Shown here piece by piece: positions 61,101 to 64,000 of a stretch of 64,000 nucleotides of DNA. Origin of the DNA: Euryarchaeota archaeon UBA242 (GTDB lineage: Archaea > Thermoplasmatota > Poseidoniia > Poseidoniales > Poseidoniaceae). The notes below the pieces were generated by a model. That model was given only the letters and a program-made list of their open reading frames with translations. It made no database searches and was not told the origin of the DNA. The DNA lies in the NCBI GenBank assembly GCA_002499015.1, contig DAJY01000098.1:4045-68044 (forward strand). Direction: 5' to 3'. How positions within the stretch are numbered: the first letter of the stretch is position 1; the number at the start of each line of letters is the position of its first letter. A program made the position numbers and the translations under genes.

Positions 61101-62091
61101 CTTCTACGTCTTTTTCTTCAGCATCCTGTATCAAATCTCCATTGGTGGCAATGGTGACTTGGAGATTCTGAATCTGTTGCTGCAGCCCATTGGTATCTCC
61201 ACCCATTAGAGCATCAATTTCTTTTTGTAAATCACCAATTTTGTCCTCTAAACCAAGGAGGACTTTGCTCCCTTGCCTTACTTCTTCTTTAAGGTCATTT
61301 GATTCTGCAATATATCTACCCTGTTCGTTGACTTGGTAAGCGATCTCAGATTTTTGTGATGCGTATTTGGCCTGGTATGAAATAATTCTTGACTCTGTTA
61401 GTTCTGTCACTAAATCTCGCACTTTAATCGCAAGGTCTTTCTCTTTCTTCAAATCCTTAAGGCGGCCTTTTTGCTCTTCTTCAAGCATACCGATTCTTTC
61501 AATATATCCTTCAACTTGATCTCTTTGCTTATCTGCCTTTCTTATCTCGTCATCATATGAAGTGACACCGGCAACGCCATCTAGCACCTTGCGGCGTTCT
61601 TTAGAGGTCATTTTCGCTAGATTCGTCACATCGCCTTGGAGGACGATGTTATATCCATCTGGGCGAGTATTTGCCGCACCGAGAAGACGATGGAATGATT
61701 TTTGAGTACTCTCAATACCGTCTAGAAGATATTGAGTCACTACATTATTTGCTTTGGTCAAATGAACAGTACGAGATAAACGAACTTCTTCTAAATCGAT
61801 TGGGAGACGGCGGCGCCCGTTGGATAATGTTGGATTGGCAAATACTAATGTGACCGAACATGAACGTGCTGGTTTGTTGTTTTTCCCGCCATTAAAAATC
61901 AAGTCTTTTGAATTCTGAGCCCTAATTACCTTGTTTGAACGAGGCCCTAATACAAATTGTATCGCATCACCGCAATTGGATTTACCAGAACCATTCGGCC
62001 CGGTAATAGCCGTGAAACCCCTGTCCAAAGGAACTGTTACTTCGCCTTTAAACGATTTAAAATTACAAACTTCAAGTGCTTTAAGATACAT
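58180..62091 (-). CDS. smc: Chromosome segregation protein SMC
   Basis: 1303 aa. N-terminal Walker A FTAITGPNGSGKSNCGDAI, long coiled coils, a hinge with Gly-rich motifs, C-terminal signature LSGGEQSMAALALIFAIQ and Walker B FYYFDEVDQNLD. An extra acidic C-terminal tail of about 130 aa follows the head domain. Confidence 0.9.
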   Translation of the reverse strand: MYLKALEVCNFKSFKGEVTVPLDRGFTAITGPNGSGKSNCGDAIQFVLGPRSNKVIRAQNSKDLIFNGGKNNKPARSCSVTLVFANPTLSNGRRRLPIDLEEVRLSRTVHLTKANNVVTQYLLDGIESTQKSFHRLLGAANTRPDGYNIVLQGDVTNLAKMTSKERRKVLDGVAGVTSYDDEIRKADKQRDQVEGYIERIGMLEEEQKGRLKDLKKEKDLAIKVRDLVTELTESRIISYQAKYASQKSEIAYQVNEQGRYIAESNDLKEEVRQGSKVLLGLEDKIGDLQKEIDALMGGDTNGLQQQIQNLQVTIATNGDLIQDAEEKDVEDKLELQELFDSLKEAKESLTTFAESLSSARSDLESAKIAFQEAEQEEADVSTLLESSGESTAQLSRNLSKATEKVEICRKAMADAQSEVDRTAAQAEVIEEQLVAAQDAAEEARMAFEELEIKGEEFGGVDPEKDRVKLATELHASQNAESKLSEESQLVENRLRETERKLISARNEMESRTGAKGLAGGSAAVIAARDRGELRGIIGTIAELCAPKNSSHEDALSAAIGGGMTSVVVENDEVAANAIKWLSEKRAGRATFLPLNRLANTRAAGKAVMVARKPGVVGFAYELLDYDSRIDIAVRFALRNTLIVDSMSTARANMGGVRLVTLRGDVTETGGAMIGGSKRNMSVSFGGRVQGANELESLTAEVERLRLMSETVNGALVDARRVQSEVRAKINILTDGEHASKQQEWRAELKQSRTTHNKSLGAVADIERKLSTLQSQASQTLAALDVAQKQFEQSESDRTVEQASLENASPAHLKERLHKAEVKRLEAQGLRNRAQDALASGSGHRDLLASRVVEFDGRISTIKISIVSRSEKIDLMQAAIATDSIELAAKEIERSEFLEENQGLENERVQLVEERASLRADLTQRANDATSRTQMAEEIGRSLTLKQETLDELLSEMSDSDIEPAQIDVTLPSVGDAEKKVRGLERQLDGYGPVNMLAIEQFDHCQERLDEMRDDFKTLQSRRKHLLDVTEQLESQRKERLLNVLEKVNENFKVAYNALSDGGRGELFLENPKEPFKGGLELWAQPRGKSAKVTRHQLSGGEQSMAALALIFAIQDYDPSPFYYFDEVDQNLDGYNAERIAKMCSERSKRAQFIMVTLRKVSLRLADHHIGITHGGDGCSRRIVDFDKERALELGARAWKEANEASEQNQSRIDEAAAALFEMPLVPDSLEAPSSLGGILSFLNDNLLQSDGESSTLASLSERTADMTEDIEERVEIAKAILAEEDGEAEVEQTQVVGEEETLE

Positions 62092-62265
62092 CCCTATCCC
62101 TCATTGTCGAGAATTTCGCCCCGACCTTAATCTCGTCACCCATCGCGACAGGTCTTAAACAATCGCTTTGTAACGGAACAGTAGAGCGGTTTTGGATACT
62201 AAAGAGAAAAAGCCAGATGCACTTTTTGCATGTACAATAATTAAAATTATTATTTTCTGAAAGAC

Positions 62266-63036
62266 TCACAGTGAGCCTTTGTTAGCACATTTATTACATC
62301 CAGTTCCTAAGCAATATGGACACGTTGCAAATACCTTGACTCCAGTACTTGACTTCCGCATTGCCAAATCGTGATCAGGTCTCAACAAATTGGAAATTCT
62401 TGATACAGTGATGCCATCAGCACCTACTGCCCCTGTTTGATGATTGAAAGTGGAACGAAATTTATCGGCAATCACCCTCCTCCCTTCAATTGAAGTCTGC
62501 GTTGATTGTTGCGCTTCAGATTCCCAGTATTTCGGCCCACGCAGTAAAAGTGCACCCAATATTGCGATTCCGATTTGCACCATCCATGGCGAGATATTGA
62601 CAGGCATTAGTTCCGCTAAACCGGTTGAATTGGCAGGTGTCGGGAGCAATTGTAGCCTGTCAAGAATGGCAAGCGCAAATAGTACTCCTCCGGCGACCAT
62701 GGCTAGTTTTCTAGACCTAGCCATCCATCCACCACCCTTAGGTAATTTGAAGCGCCCAGCTATGACCATTACCAATCCTTCCAGAAGCATGATGAAATCG
62801 GCACCACCCCAATCACCAGTAGCGCCTAGGCAATAACTCTGACCACTACTTTCTAAACTGCTTGATATCTCATCGAAAGAGCATTGCGGCTCGGTCATTT
62901 TCAACACAGCAATTGTGGAATTAGGAGCTCCATCGATTGCAACTGGTGCAATGATACCGAGTTGGACATTACAGATTACAAATGAGATTATTGCAATACC
63001 AAACAGGGTTGCAATCTTCTTCTTCAACCCCGCCAT
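62266..63036 (-). CDS. Polytopic membrane protein with C-terminal zinc-ribbon-like cysteines (hypothetical)
   Basis: 256 aa with 5 or more TM helices. C-terminal CPYCLGTGCNKC motif. Confidence 0.45.
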   Translation of the reverse strand: MAGLKKKIATLFGIAIISFVICNVQLGIIAPVAIDGAPNSTIAVLKMTEPQCSFDEISSSLESSGQSYCLGATGDWGGADFIMLLEGLVMVIAGRFKLPKGGGWMARSRKLAMVAGGVLFALAILDRLQLLPTPANSTGLAELMPVNISPWMVQIGIAILGALLLRGPKYWESEAQQSTQTSIEGRRVIADKFRSTFNHQTGAVGADGITVSRISNLLRPDHDLAMRKSSTGVKVFATCPYCLGTGCNKCANKGSL

Positions 63037-63114
63037 GTACCTGTTTATCCATATCTATCTCATAGTGCTATCGCAACCGATGGCGTGAAGAAGTGCAAAG
63101 TTGTGGCAATGCTA

Positions 63115-64000
63115 ATGAGGACGAGTGACGCTTCTCAAATCGTCATCCTAGGAAGTGGGATTGCGGGATTATTTTGCGCAATTCGTCTTGCCAATGCTGG
63201 ACACTTTGTCAAAGTAATTACCAAACAGAGACCCATTGATTCATCGACTAATTGGGCTCAAGGAGGCATTGCTGCAATTCTTGACAAAACAGATGGAGTT
63301 GGTCTCACTTCACACATTGAAGATACTTTGGAAAGTGGAGGAGGAGAGTGTGATATTTCAGTAGTAAATAGCGTAATTAATGAAGCGAGTGATAGGATAC
63401 AAGACTTGCTAGACATTGGCGTTGATTTTGAAAAAGATGTTGATGGTAAATTCCATTTGGCCAAAGAGGGCGGGCACTCGAGTAGACGTATTTTGCACTC
63501 AAAGGATGCTACAGGAAAGGAGATCGAACGAGCCCTAAGTCAAACTGCTGAGCATCATGAGAATATTGAATTAATGCCAAATAATCTAGCGATTGACCTT
63601 ATTCAGTACGAACATGGAAACCCTAAAGCAGGAGTATCTGGCGTTTGGTGTTTGGACCAAACAACTCAAACTGTGATGACCGTCCATGCTGACACCATCA
63701 TCTTAGCAACTGGAGGATTCGGGCAATTGTGGACTCATACAACCAACCCAAGCGTTGCTACAGGCGATGGTTTGGCAATGGCCTTCAGAGCTGGTGCTGC
63801 AGTGAAAAATCTCGCGTATATCCAATTCCACCCTACGGCATTAGCATTGAAAAGTGATAGACCATTCCTAATCACAGAAGCGATGCGTGGAGAAGGTGGT
63901 GTGATACTTGATGAAGAAGGATTAAGCAAATGGCAAACTCAATGTAAAGTGGATGGGAAAATTATATCTCCGGAGCCATATTCATTCACTTTGAAATATT
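63115..64000 (+). CDS. nadB: L-aspartate oxidase (NadB), 3'-truncated by the window end
   Basis: Manual translation from the ATG at about 63115 gives MRTSDASQIVILGSGIAGLFCAIRLA...TNWAQGGIAAI...LESGGGECD...HLAKEGGHSSRRILHSKDATGKEIERAL...IILATGGFGQLWTHTTNPSVATGDGLAMAFRAGAAVKNLAYIQFHPTALA...FLITEAMRGEGGVILDEEG. The FAD-binding GxGxxG, the NWAQGGIAA motif and the FHPT motif are diagnostic of NadB/SdhA-like flavoproteins, with NadB the best fit. It is not in the ORF track because no stop codon occurs before the window edge. Confidence 0.75.
   Translation, partial: MRTSDASQIVILGSGIAGLFCAIRLANAGHFVKVITKQRPIDSSTNWAQGGIAAILDKTDGVGLTSHIEDTLESGGGECDISVVNSVINEASDRIQDLLDIGVDFEKDVDGKFHLAKEGGHSSRRILHSKDATGKEIERALSQTAEHHENIELMPNNLAIDLIQYEHGNPKAGVSGVWCLDQTTQTVMTVHADTIILATGGFGQLWTHTTNPSVATGDGLAMAFRAGAAVKNLAYIQFHPTALALKSDRPFLITEAMRGEGGVILDEEGLSKWQTQCKVDGKIISPEPYSFTLKY

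Noticed and set aside
62092-62265. AT-rich stretch with an AATAATTAAAATTATT pseudo-palindrome upstream of smc.
   Set aside because: The symmetry is imperfect, and it lies about 140 nt from the SMC start in a generally AT-rich spacer. This is insufficient evidence for a specific element.

Overview
This 64 kb window looks like a chromosomal segment of a euryarchaeon, plausibly Thermoplasmata or Marine Group II; that lineage call is inference, not a database hit. Archaeal hallmark genes are present: Orc1/Cdc6, RPA1 with an RPA32-like partner, Hel308, ribosomal protein S6e, aIF2-gamma, Dph2, SMC-ScpA-ScpB, and a type IV pilus-type ATPase with a TadC-like platform. DNA gyrase GyrA/GyrB and a class II HMG-CoA reductase are also present. 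Coding density is high on both strands with many overlapping or coupled starts. I found no rRNA or tRNA genes, no CRISPR array, and no transposase or integrase. The window is rich in peptidases: TldD/PmbA, an M14-like deacylase, a SprT-like protein, a 1401-aa PKD-repeat HExxH surface metalloprotease, an M28 peptidase and an M61 peptidase with a PDZ domain. It also holds a protein-repair methyltransferase (PIMT, protein-L-isoaspartate O-methyltransferase) and an acyl-CoA dehydrogenase. A 5'-partial L-aspartate oxidase gene (nadB) runs off the right end and is absent from the supplied ORF track. The most unusual content is: (i) a tightly packed co-directional cluster of an RPA pair followed by an apparently split TadC platform and a pilus ATPase; (ii) a three-gene operon encoding a degenerate Orc1/Cdc6-like P-loop protein (Walker A K->R) with a ~300-aa acidic disordered linker and a C-terminal winged helix, coupled to a beta-propeller protein and a small protein, next to a cluster of TAACGCGTTA-type palindromes; (iii) a bacterial-type (class II) CCA/poly(A) nucleotidyltransferase; (iv) a canonical EF-hand pair protein; (v) a thymidylate-kinase-like fusion protein; and (vi) a 480-bp AT-rich gyrB/aroD intergenic region with palindromes and a GC-rich island bounded by a TATA-like box and a T-run. 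Manual coordinates for non-ORF elements may be off by 1-2 nt.
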